Shown here: piece by piece, positions 28,744-37,572 of the stretch | How the letters are laid out: every line of letters begins with the position of its first letter | Position numbering within the stretch: position 1 is the stretch's first letter | Assembly: GCA_000092065.1 (NCBI GenBank) | Contig: CP000586.1 | Reading direction: 5' to 3' (one strand) | Length of the DNA stretch: 64,000 nt | Origin: Ostreococcus lucimarinus | Lineage: Eukaryota | Made by a program: the position numbers and the translations under genes | Notes under the pieces: generated by a model | Databases searched by the model: none | Told to the model about the DNA's origin: nothing | Seen by the model: the letters and a program-made list of their open reading frames with translations, nothing else

Positions 28744-30888
28744 CTAAACCCCGTCGACGTCGCCGTCGTCGTCGTACTCGAGAATGTTATACTTTCGCTG
28801 CGACGCCTTCAAAGCCCAGTGGCGGTGCGCCAACCAGGCGCCGATGGCGAGCGTCGCGCACACGAACGTCGCCATGACGTACGTCGTGTCTCGCCACGTG
28901 CGCAAATCATCCGTCAGATGCGCGAGCTTTCCCGCCAGCGACGACAGATCGTCATCGCTCTCGATTCGATCGCGAACGATGAAGAAGGCGTCGAGCACGC
29001 CGCCATCCGCGCTGGCGTCTTGATATTCGCCGTACAAGTGCGTGCGATTGAACGCGGTGAGCCGAACGTAGCCGTACTCATAGAGCTCCTTCTCCATAAA
29101 CGATGCGCCGATCGCGTTTTTCGTGTGAGGTGCGCCGCCTGTGCCGACGAGTACGCTCACTGGTGCGCCGCCGGGATGGGAATACGTCGCCACGCCGTCA
29201 ACGAGTCTACTAAACGCCGCGCACCCTTCGTCCGCGGAGACATTGAACGAGGTCGATCCTCTCCACGCGCACGAGCGCTGGTAGGCATGATTGTGTCCCC
29301 AAAACACCGCGTTGACATCGTACTCGACCAACAGCGGCCAGACGTGCGTTTGGATCTCTCGCATTACGCTCAAGTCACTCGGGTTTTTCATCCCTGGTTT
29401 CGTCTCGCGATCTTCGGGACCGTCGGTGCTGTCGACCAAACCCGGTCGGTGTCCGCCGAGCACGACCCACGGCGTCTTTGCGCGATCGATGCTCGAAAGT
29501 TCGCGCTTGAGCCACTCGCCTTGCGCCGAAGCGGGCGAAAAGTTGACTTCGGTATTCATCGACACGACGCGAATCGATCCGAAAGTCACCGCGAACCAAT
29601 CGGCGTCTGGGCCGGCGCGAGGCGTAGGGTACAAGCGCGTCGCCGGCACCGCGCATTCGCCGCCGCTGTCGTCGACGCCGTACTCGTCCGCAACGCGAGA
29701 CTCTGGCCAATTCGAGCTGTCAGCTTCGTGGTTGCCGAGATTGGAGATGAACGGCACGCGAGACGCCCACGGCGTGATTTGTGCCGCCCATTCGTCCCAA
29801 ACGCTGGCGTATCCCGTGGCGTAGGACAAGTCGCCGAAGAGAAACACGGCGTCGATGGCATCATCGCGCGCGTCGCGCTCCAAGGCGGCGCTGACGTTGA
29901 GCGAAGGTTGACCGTACGCGCGCCACGTTTCGGCGTCGTCGTTCGATCCACGACCCATATCCGCGAACAACGCGAGCGTTGTCTTCGCATCTTTGCTTTC
30001 TGCCGGAGGCATGCGCATCGTGAACCGATCGCTCTCGCCGTGAGCGTCGCGCGCGAAGTACTCGATCGAGTCGCCTGGGCGCGCTACGATGGCCGCGGTG
30101 TGCACGTACCCCGGATGTCTGTATCCAAAACTGTTCGCCGGCGCCCCGCACAAATCGCGCGCGTCGTACGTCGTCGTCGTCGCCGGAACGTGCGCGTACG
30201 CGCCGTTACCCACGCGATACGTCAATCGCGCGCCGTGACTGGCGTTTCGTCCGCTTTGCCACGTCACGCGAGCCGACGCGCCGCGTTCGGTCGTCGATCC
30301 CCCCCAACCCGTCGGGAGCGTCACCCGCGGCCACACCGGCGCCAGTGCGTCCTCGACGTGAACCGGCGCGCTCCTCGCCACCTCCATCATAGTCGTCGCG
30401 TTCGGCGCGTTCGCGAACAATACGAAATCGTACGTCGCCGCGCGATGCGTCAACGTCTCAAACACCACGCTCGCCGACCCCGTCGTCGCGTAACCGTCCA
30501 CGCGTCCCAACACCGCGTATTTTACCGGCGCCGTCTTCGTCGGGTCCGCGCCCGCCGGCGAGTACGCTCCGATCCAATGCTCCGCGAACGTCGCGTTCGC
30601 CGTCGCCGTCGTCGAAACCGTCGCGCGAACGCGTCCGCCCGACCGCGTCGTCGTCGCGTTCGTCGTCAGCGTGAATCCGAGATCGGTCGACGATAACACC
30701 CTCGACCGGGCGACGATTCGACGCCCGTCTATGCGCCAGAGCGCGTTGTGCGCGGCGCGTTCGAGCGCTCGCGCGTCGACATCAAAGAAGGAAGATTTCG
30801 AAACGTCACGCGCGTCGAGCGCGCCGCTCGCGCCGTGGACGACGCAGAGGAAGATTACGAAGGCGACGATGCGGGTCGCGCGCGCCAT
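28744..30888 (-). CDS. purple acid phosphatase (metallophosphoesterase) with signal peptide and C-terminal TM anchor
   Basis: PAP metal-ligand motifs GDLSYATGY, GNHE and GHNH(AY) are present in a metallophosphoesterase domain. An N-terminal signal-like segment MARATRIVAFVIFLCVVHGASGA starts at ATG 30888; the ORF track extends to 31092. A C-terminal hydrophobic helix VMATFVCATLAIGAWLA precedes the stop. Confidence 0.8.
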   Translation of the reverse strand: MARATRIVAFVIFLCVVHGASGALDARDVSKSSFFDVDARALERAAHNALWRIDGRRIVARSRVLSSTDLGFTLTTNATTTRSGGRVRATVSTTATANATFAEHWIGAYSPAGADPTKTAPVKYAVLGRVDGYATTGSASVVFETLTHRAATYDFVLFANAPNATTMMEVARSAPVHVEDALAPVWPRVTLPTGWGGSTTERGASARVTWQSGRNASHGARLTYRVGNGAYAHVPATTTTYDARDLCGAPANSFGYRHPGYVHTAAIVARPGDSIEYFARDAHGESDRFTMRMPPAESKDAKTTLALFADMGRGSNDDAETWRAYGQPSLNVSAALERDARDDAIDAVFLFGDLSYATGYASVWDEWAAQITPWASRVPFISNLGNHEADSSNWPESRVADEYGVDDSGGECAVPATRLYPTPRAGPDADWFAVTFGSIRVVSMNTEVNFSPASAQGEWLKRELSSIDRAKTPWVVLGGHRPGLVDSTDGPEDRETKPGMKNPSDLSVMREIQTHVWPLLVEYDVNAVFWGHNHAYQRSCAWRGSTSFNVSADEGCAAFSRLVDGVATYSHPGGAPVSVLVGTGGAPHTKNAIGASFMEKELYEYGYVRLTAFNRTHLYGEYQDASADGGVLDAFFIVRDRIESDDDLSSLAGKLAHLTDDLRTWRDTTYVMATFVCATLAIGAWLAHRHWALKASQRKYNILEYDDDGDVDGV

Positions 30889-31117
30889 CGGCGGCGCGCG
30901 CGGCGCGGCGTCGACGAATAAAGTCACGAGACGCCGCAGACGCGAGCCGCGCCGACGACGAGTCGCGGCGAGCGAGCGAGCGACGTAAACGCGTTCGTTT
31001 GGGTTGAAATAAAAAATACTGTAATCAGCGCTGACTAGATCAGGCGTAATCCGCGAGCGAGCGATGTCAGGGTACAAGAACAACAACAACAACAGACGGT
31101 GAGGTTGGTCGGTTTGA

Positions 31118-33109
31118 TCACGCGGCGAGGAGCTCGGTGCGCTCGGCGCAACGGCGCCAGACGTCGGCGGCGACGCCGGATTCGGCGTTCGGGGACGTCG
31201 CGCGCGCGAGTCTGGCCGTGGATAGTAAAGGTTTGATCGGCACCGACGGGCGCTTCAAGAAATCCACCGCTTCGCGCGCGGCGGATTCGTCCTTGAAGGC
31301 GCCGGTGGAGAGCAACACGCTCGACGCTTGCTCGAGCGAAAGCGCGGGAATTTCCACGGCGGCGTCGATGACGCCGCCGGCGCCGAGACCGAGACGTTTG
31401 AGCGTCTTTGGTGACGACGTCGTGAGCATCACGAGCAAGTGTCGGCCTGGAGGTGGCTTACGCTGTAGCAAAGCGCTGAGCGTCGCGAGCGCCTTCGGGT
31501 GCGCGACGTTGAGAGACTCGCTTCCATCCGCCGGGGCGACGCCGACGAGCGTCTCCACGGAGTCGACGACCAAGCAACTCAGCGTAGACTTGAGCGCATC
31601 TTCGAACGAGGCCTTGAGCGCGGCGGTGAGCACGTCGTCTGTGGAGCCGGAACCACCCGGCGCGTTGGCGATGACGGTGTCCGGCTTGACTACTTTGACG
31701 TACGGGAACTCGCTCGCCAACGCCACCGTGGCGGCGAGCGCGGTCTTCCCGCTCCCCGTGGGTCCACTGACCATGCACGTCATGTGATCGGTCGCGCCGT
31801 CCTGTAACGCCTTGACGAACGACTTCAATTGATTTTCTGCGACGACGTGCTCCGATTGCGATTCGAGCGTAACGTACCCATCCGGGCGCATCGCTTCGAG
31901 TGTCGCGGCGTCGGCGCCCATCGCCGGCGGCACTTCCTCGAGTGCGTTCAGGAAGTCCTCCATGAGCACTACCGGCGCTTCCGCGCTCTCTGCTTGGTCG
32001 AATTCCGCGCTCTTCTTAATGTGTCTCGTCAACGAATACGACGTTGCCGCGGTGACGAGGCCCTTCAACTCGGCGCCGCTGTAGTTGACCGTGCTCTTCG
32101 CCAATTCTTCCAAGTTCACGCAAGGTCCGAGCAAGCCTTCGCTAGCCATAGAGTCGGTGTGAATTTTCAAAATTTGCTGTCGACCGGTGGCGTCCGGCAA
32201 GCCGACTTCGACTTGCAACTCTAAACGACCCGGGCGCAAAAGCGCGGGATCGAGCAAGTCTCTTCGGTTGGTGATACCCACGATCAAAATGTTATTCAGC
32301 GCGTGCATACCGTCGAGCTTGGTCAAAAGCTGATTCACGACGTTGTCGTGCACGATGCTCGCCGTCTCCCCTCCCGTGCCTCTCGCCTTCATCACCGCGT
32401 CGATTTCGTCGAAGACGATGATGTGCAACTTGCTCTTGTCGCCCCTCAACTTTGCCTCCTTCTCCGCATCTTCGAACAACATCCGCACGTTCTCCTCGCT
32501 TTGACCGACAAACTTTTGCAAAATTTCCGGTCCATTCACGATCTTCGGCTTGTGCGCGTTCAGCATGTTCCCCAACTGTCTCGCCACGAGCGTCTTCCCC
32601 GTCCCCGGCGGCCCGTACAGCAGCACCCCTCGCACGTGTTGCAATTTCAACCTTCTCGCGATGTTCGCGTCCACCATCCTCGACGCGAACACTCGTCTGA
32701 ATATATTCGCAAACTCCTTATCCAATCCTCCCACGCCGTGTTCGACGAACGAGCTTCCATCTCGCATCATTCGCGCCAGGTGCGCCTGCGAGCTGTGCTT
32801 TTCGCTCTCGTCTTGCTCGGGCACCGTGTTCGCGTTCCCAGCCGCCGGTCCCGTCTTCGCCAGCGTCGGCGTGATCCCGGGCGGCGCCGCGCCGCGTATC
32901 GCGCTCTTCGGTTTCGGTTTTTCAAACTTTCGCGGCGTCGGCGCGTCCGTCGTCGCGTCGACTTCGAAATCTTCCGCGCGCCACTGCACGAGGCGCTTTT
33001 GCGTCGCCAGCGCCGTCGTCGCCGCGCCGTCGACGTCGCGTCGCGCGGCGGTGCGCTGAGGCGCGCGAGCGCGCGCGAGCGCGCGCGCGAGGTCACGCGC
33101 GCGATGCAT
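31118..33109 (-). CDS. N-ethylmaleimide-sensitive factor (NSF/Sec18)-like AAA+ ATPase, D1+D2 only (no N-domain)
   Basis: The D1 linker GGLDKEFANIFRRVFASR is present, and D1 follows ([45 protein letters not shown]...FDEIDA...LLRPGRLE) with very high similarity to NSF. A degenerate D2 (GPTGSGKTALAA) is present. The approximately 140 aa N-terminus is unrelated to the NSF N-domain and is Arg/Ala-rich. Confidence 0.8.
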   Translation of the reverse strand: MHRARDLARALARARAPQRTAARRDVDGAATTALATQKRLVQWRAEDFEVDATTDAPTPRKFEKPKPKSAIRGAAPPGITPTLAKTGPAAGNANTVPEQDESEKHSSQAHLARMMRDGSSFVEHGVGGLDKEFANIFRRVFASRMVDANIARRLKLQHVRGVLLYGPPGTGKTLVARQLGNMLNAHKPKIVNGPEILQKFVGQSEENVRMLFEDAEKEAKLRGDKSKLHIIVFDEIDAVMKARGTGGETASIVHDNVVNQLLTKLDGMHALNNILIVGITNRRDLLDPALLRPGRLELQVEVGLPDATGRQQILKIHTDSMASEGLLGPCVNLEELAKSTVNYSGAELKGLVTAATSYSLTRHIKKSAEFDQAESAEAPVVLMEDFLNALEEVPPAMGADAATLEAMRPDGYVTLESQSEHVVAENQLKSFVKALQDGATDHMTCMVSGPTGSGKTALAATVALASEFPYVKVVKPDTVIANAPGGSGSTDDVLTAALKASFEDALKSTLSCLVVDSVETLVGVAPADGSESLNVAHPKALATLSALLQRKPPPGRHLLVMLTTSSPKTLKRLGLGAGGVIDAAVEIPALSLEQASSVLLSTGAFKDESAAREAVDFLKRPSVPIKPLLSTARLARATSPNAESGVAADVWRRCAERTELLAA

Positions 33110-33365
33110 CGTCGCTCTCGCGTCGCTCTCGCGTCGGCGTCGGGGCGCGCGCGGCGCGATGACGACGCAGGCTCCCTCGGGACGCTTTTCGGCGCGATGA
33201 CGTCGATTCGGATGACGCGACGACGAACAAAGGCGGGCTGGGATTGAAAGAAGAATGGCTGGCTAAGACGCGCTCGCGGCAGATCGAACGAGGCGCGCGC
33301 GAGCGCGCGAGTGAGCGCTCGCGGCGCCGCGCGCGCGCGCGACGACGACGACGCGCGTCGGGGGA

Positions 33366-34466
33366 TTAACGGTGGCCGAAGGCGTCGTCGCCGTCCAAAC
33401 CGAAGGCGCGCTTGGCGGCTTCGTACGTCGTCCAACAGATGGCGGCGGCTGGGATGTGGAAGAGCACGCGCGCGCTCATGCCGCGAGTGAGGGCGAGCGC
33501 GCCTTCGTCGCGAACGATGGCGCGCGCGACGTCCATCGGGCTGGCGGAACGCACGGCGGCGCTTCGCGCGCGTTGCGCGGCGAGCTCTTGCGGACAAATC
33601 TTGGGCGCGCCTCGCGCCGTGCACACGCTGTTGTACGTCGTTTCCACCGTCTTGGCGACGTCGCAATCGAGTAAAACACATTGCGTTTGCATGCGAGTCT
33701 TGACGACGTCCATGGGCGTCGTCGCCGCCGCCGCTAGACCCCCGGCGACGCCCCCGGCGGCGAATTGCACGGCGAACCCCTCCTTCTCCGCCTCGCTCGC
33801 CTTGAACAGCGCCGTCTTCGCGCTTTCGTACGCCGCGAAGTGGATCGCCGTGAAAGGGACATTCATCGCTAACGTCGTGGGGTAACTTCTATAAAACGCC
33901 CGCACGCCTTCGTTCCGAAACGTCTTCGCCACGCAATCCAGCGCCCCCTTGTACGGCGAATCCGAGATTTGCAGTCGTTGCTTCACCGTATCCACGGGGT
34001 TTTGCAACCCATCCGCGAGCACCGTCGCGCACACTCCCGCGAGCGCGTGCGCGACGGGGGCGTGTTCGTTCACGTTCCCACCCCCGAACGCCACCTTGCA
34101 CTTTTCGTACGTCGCGAAGTACACCGCGTGCGCCGGCCCCGCGCCCAACCCCGCGGCGGACACCCCTCGATACAGCGACCGCACCGCGTTCGCCGCGTTC
34201 GCCGCGGACGCGCGCGCCGTGAGCGTCCCGATCGCTTGCGCGTACGACGTCCCGCTCGCCGCCACCTGCAGGCGCGTTTTAATCGTATCCACCGGGAACA
34301 TCGCCGTGTGCTCGACGGCGCCCGCGAGCGCGCCCGAAGCCATGTGCGCGTAAAACGCCGTCTCCGCGGGCGAATGCGCGACGCACGCGCCGTCGACGGA
34401 CGCGCGCGCCGTCGTCGCGCTCGACGACGCCCGCGCGGCGCGCTCGAGCGCGTCCGAGGGCGTCAT
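33366..34466 (-). CDS. mitochondrial carrier family protein, mitoferrin (Mrs3/4)-like
   Basis: Three carrier repeats with PVDTIKTRLQ, PVDTVKQRLQ and PMDVVKTRMQTQ; the HMxAG...MFPVD start is typical of mitoferrins. The ORF track extends to 35534, but that part is antisense to the ABHD17 gene. The start is set at ATG 34466 (MTPSDALE...). Confidence 0.75.
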   Translation of the reverse strand: MTPSDALERAARASSSATTARASVDGACVAHSPAETAFYAHMASGALAGAVEHTAMFPVDTIKTRLQVAASGTSYAQAIGTLTARASAANAANAVRSLYRGVSAAGLGAGPAHAVYFATYEKCKVAFGGGNVNEHAPVAHALAGVCATVLADGLQNPVDTVKQRLQISDSPYKGALDCVAKTFRNEGVRAFYRSYPTTLAMNVPFTAIHFAAYESAKTALFKASEAEKEGFAVQFAAGGVAGGLAAAATTPMDVVKTRMQTQCVLLDCDVAKTVETTYNSVCTARGAPKICPQELAAQRARSAAVRSASPMDVARAIVRDEGALALTRGMSARVLFHIPAAAICWTTYEAAKRAFGLDGDDAFGHR

Positions 34467-34886
34467 GCGGCGCGATAACGCGTCGTCTCGATCGTCGTGA
34501 CGGCGATCGCGTTCGAGCGCCGACGTCGCCGCGGTCTCGTCGTCGACGGCGCGCGCGGTGCGGCGCGAGGCCGGGCGGTGCGGCGCGCGTCGATGGCGCG
34601 CGTCGGGCGCGGTTTCGTCGCGCGCGCGCGTCGCGACGCGTCGATGAGTGGCGTCGGCGAGTAAACCCTCGAGTTTTCGTCGCGCGCGCGTCAAAAAACG
34701 TCGCGACGCGACGCGCGCGGCGCGCGAGCGACGCCGCGGCGCGGTGAAACGGGCGACGCGAACGCGGCGCGCGAACACGCGCGCGAACGCGCGATTCGGG
34801 CGGCGAAGCGCGGCGAAAAGCGCGCGCGAAGACGCTCGATTTGAACTCGAGCTCGAGCGGTTGGACCGGACGCGGTCGGAGCGACG

Positions 34887-35942
34887 ATGCCGACGCAGTG
34901 CGTGAGCACGGCGGTGATTGGGACGGCGTTTTGCGTGAAACGATGCTCGAGCGAGCGTCTGGCGCGAGATTTGGCGTTTTTCCCGCCGGAACCGCCGAGC
35001 TACGCGCTCGGAGAGCGAGAGGCGAGCGACGACGGGGACGGCGAGCGCGCGGGGACGAGCGATAGTGGAGAGCTCAGAGCGATCGCGAACGAGGAACACG
35101 TGCCGGCGACGTACGCGGCAGCGTTTCAACGCGTGTTGGACGATTTTCGCGTGGATTTGGTGACGACGGCGAGAGGGAACGAGGTGGTGGCGATGACGTG
35201 CGAAGCGCCGCCGACGAGGATATCGGCGGCGAGCGAGGACGACGCTCGAGCGATGCAAGACGGCGCGAACCTGACGTTGATTTACTCGCACGGCAATGCG
35301 GTTGATGCGGGGGAGGTGGCGCCGTTCGCGCGGAAGTTGTCGCAGCAATTGAATTGTCGAGTGGTGACGTACGATTACTCGGGATACGGGCAGAGTCGCG
35401 GCGAGCCGAGCGTGGCTGATACGTACGCGGACATCGATGCCGTCGTCGCGCACGTCATCGAACGCTTCGGAGTGTCGCGCGAGGAAATTATTTTGCTCGG
35501 ACAGTCCATTGGAAGCGGGCCGACGTGTTTTCACGCGGGCAAGCGCGAAAACGCGGGATTCGGCGCGGTCGTTTTGGTTTCTCCGCTTCTAAGTGCCTTG
35601 AACGTCGTGAGCTCGCCGCAAGCGTGGTGCACGCCGGCCAAGGTGTTCAGAAAGATGGACGTGTACAAGAATTATCAAGTCGTGAAGAACATCCAGTGTC
35701 CGATTCTGTTGATTCACGGCGATCAAGACAACGTCGTACACGTGTCTCACGGCGAGACGCTTTGGGAAACCATTCGCAAGAGCGCGAAAACGAACGAATC
35801 GCTTCTCGAACCGTACTGGATTCGAGGCGCCGGCCACGATGATACGTACGATCGTAATCCAGCCGAATTCATTCGAAGATTGCGCGAGGTGTGCGCGCTC
35901 GTACGCGAGAATTGGTACCGCCGCGTCGAAACGGCGCCGTGA
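34887..35942 (+). CDS. alpha/beta-hydrolase, ABHD17 (FAM108)-like with Cys-rich N-terminus
   Basis: The N-terminus CVKRCSSERLARDLAFFPPEPPSYAL resembles the ABHD17 palmitoylated N-terminus (CCPPCP...LAFLPPEPTY). The nucleophile elbow GQSIGSG and a catalytic His region (GAGHDDT) are present. Confidence 0.7.
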   Translation: MPTQCVSTAVIGTAFCVKRCSSERLARDLAFFPPEPPSYALGEREASDDGDGERAGTSDSGELRAIANEEHVPATYAAAFQRVLDDFRVDLVTTARGNEVVAMTCEAPPTRISAASEDDARAMQDGANLTLIYSHGNAVDAGEVAPFARKLSQQLNCRVVTYDYSGYGQSRGEPSVADTYADIDAVVAHVIERFGVSREEIILLGQSIGSGPTCFHAGKRENAGFGAVVLVSPLLSALNVVSSPQAWCTPAKVFRKMDVYKNYQVVKNIQCPILLIHGDQDNVVHVSHGETLWETIRKSAKTNESLLEPYWIRGAGHDDTYDRNPAEFIRRLREVCALVRENWYRRVETAP

Positions 35943-36030
35943 ATCGACGCGAGAATGTTGAATGTTGTTGTTGTTGTAACACTACCTAGACTACCGCTAA
36001 TTGTTCGAACCATCTTCAGGCGCGCACGCA

Positions 36031-36966
36031 TCACGAATCTTCGATGACGTCGAACGCGCCGCTCGCATCCGGAAACGACTTTTGCGCGAACGTCTTCACG
36101 CGTCGAGCGCATCGCAACAGCGTATCGCTCGTGTCCTCGATCGCCACGTACCGTCGCTCGTCCGCCGTCGCGCTCACGCACACCCACGCCTCGTGACCTG
36201 GCTTGACGTACGCGTGCTCTATCGCGTCACCATCGCTCGCGCGCTCGACGTCTCGTCGCAACAGCGCGAGCGTGGACGCCGTGCGCGGATCCATCTCCGT
36301 CCTCGCGCCCGCCGGCGCCGCCGTCGTCAATTCCAAACCTCCCTCGTTCCGCGCGCGCTCGCGACCGTAAAAAACCGCGTATTTATCTAATCCACGCGAC
36401 GTCGCCCCCTCGTCTTCGGCCGCCGCCGCCGCCGCCGCGCCGCTCGCGTTCGCGTTCGCGTTCGCCGCCCGTCGCGGCGCCGTCGCCGTCGCCACCGCCC
36501 GCGTCCACGCCTCCCGTCGCGCGATCCGATCGTCCGCCGCCGCCCCGTTCGTTCGCACGCCCTCTTCGTACGCCTCGACCACGCGCGCGAGCATCGCCCT
36601 GAGTTCGCCGTCGCTCGTCGACCACCGCGGCGCCGCGCCTTCGTCGACGCGCGCGCACGCGTACGAATTCGTCCCGCGCGCCCGCACGCTCGCCACGCGC
36701 GCGCCGCGCGTTCGCGCGACGCTAAACTCCAGCGCGTCCTCGTCGCTCGCGTCGCGCGGCGCGAACGCGCGCGCGATCGACCGCGACGCCAACACGAAAC
36801 CGACGAGTTCGCTCAGCGCGCGCGACGCCGCCGCGCCCTCCGCGCCGTCGCGCGCGCGCGCCGCGCGCGACGACGACGCGAGGACTTTCTCGTGCGTCTC
36901 GCCCTCGCGCGCGGGCGCGATGTCGTCGTCGAACGCGACGACGACGACGTCGCGTCGCGACGCCAT
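36031..36966 (-). CDS. hypothetical protein
   Basis: Clean 311-aa ORF from ATG 36966; the track start at 36990 is GTG. It contains an Ala-rich low-complexity centre. No family recognised. Confidence 0.35.
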   Translation of the reverse strand: MASRRDVVVVAFDDDIAPAREGETHEKVLASSSRAARARDGAEGAAASRALSELVGFVLASRSIARAFAPRDASDEDALEFSVARTRGARVASVRARGTNSYACARVDEGAAPRWSTSDGELRAMLARVVEAYEEGVRTNGAAADDRIARREAWTRAVATATAPRRAANANANASGAAAAAAAEDEGATSRGLDKYAVFYGRERARNEGGLELTTAAPAGARTEMDPRTASTLALLRRDVERASDGDAIEHAYVKPGHEAWVCVSATADERRYVAIEDTSDTLLRCARRVKTFAQKSFPDASGAFDVIEDS

Positions 36967-37452
36967 CGCGGCGCGATGTGCCGACGGCACGACATGACGC
37001 GCGCGCGACCGCGCGACCGCGCGAGCGCGGGCGAACGCGCGCGAACGCGCGCCGCGCGTCTGCGGCGCGCGCTGTGCGCCTGCGCCGCGCTCGGCGCGGC
37101 GTGCGCGGTCGCGGCGGCGGCGCTCGGGTCGTCCGAAAGGGTGTTGAACGCGCGACTGAGCGAAGCCGCGCGGCGCGCGACGCCGGAAGCGGGGCTCGCG
37201 CGCGGGCGCATACGAGCGGTGAGCGAAGCGCGGTTCGCGTCGACGCGCGGCGCGAAGCGCGGGAGGTGGAGGACGCGCGCGCGGGACGACGCGGGAGGCG
37301 ACGCGGCGACGAGGCGCGGGGAGACGGACGACGCGGACGAGACGACGGAACGCAGGTACGACGCGTTCATGCGCGCGGTGGATGAATACGAGGACGTCGA
37401 GGAGGCGGAGGAAGAGGAGGAGGACGACGGCGAGGAGGCGCGGCGGTGGGCG

Positions 37453-37548
37453 GCGATGTTGGGGAAACGGCGCGACGAGTAGTCGTCGTCGCCGCCCGCG
37501 GCGATGTTGGGGAAACGGCGCGACGAGTAGTCGTCGTCGCCGCCCGCG
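37453..37548. repeat. perfect 48-bp tandem duplication (GCGATGTTGGGGAAACGGCGCGACGAGTAGTCGTCGTCGCCGCCCGCG x2)
   Basis: Direct inspection: 37453-37500 equals 37501-37548. It lies in the spacer between the NCS1 3' end and the 36031-36966 gene's 5' end. Confidence 0.9.
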
Positions 37549-37572
37549 GCGCGTACTATGCGTCTAATCGAT

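Noticed and set aside
28819-30696. 625-aa ORF on the plus strand
   Set aside because: It is antisense to the purple acid phosphatase gene. Its translation is Arg-rich with no motifs.
33366-35534. Upstream 356 codons of the 722-aa minus-strand ORF, beyond the mitoferrin domain
   Set aside because: That portion (34467-35534) is antisense to the ABHD17-like gene and the intergenic spacer. Mitoferrin homology starts only at 34466.
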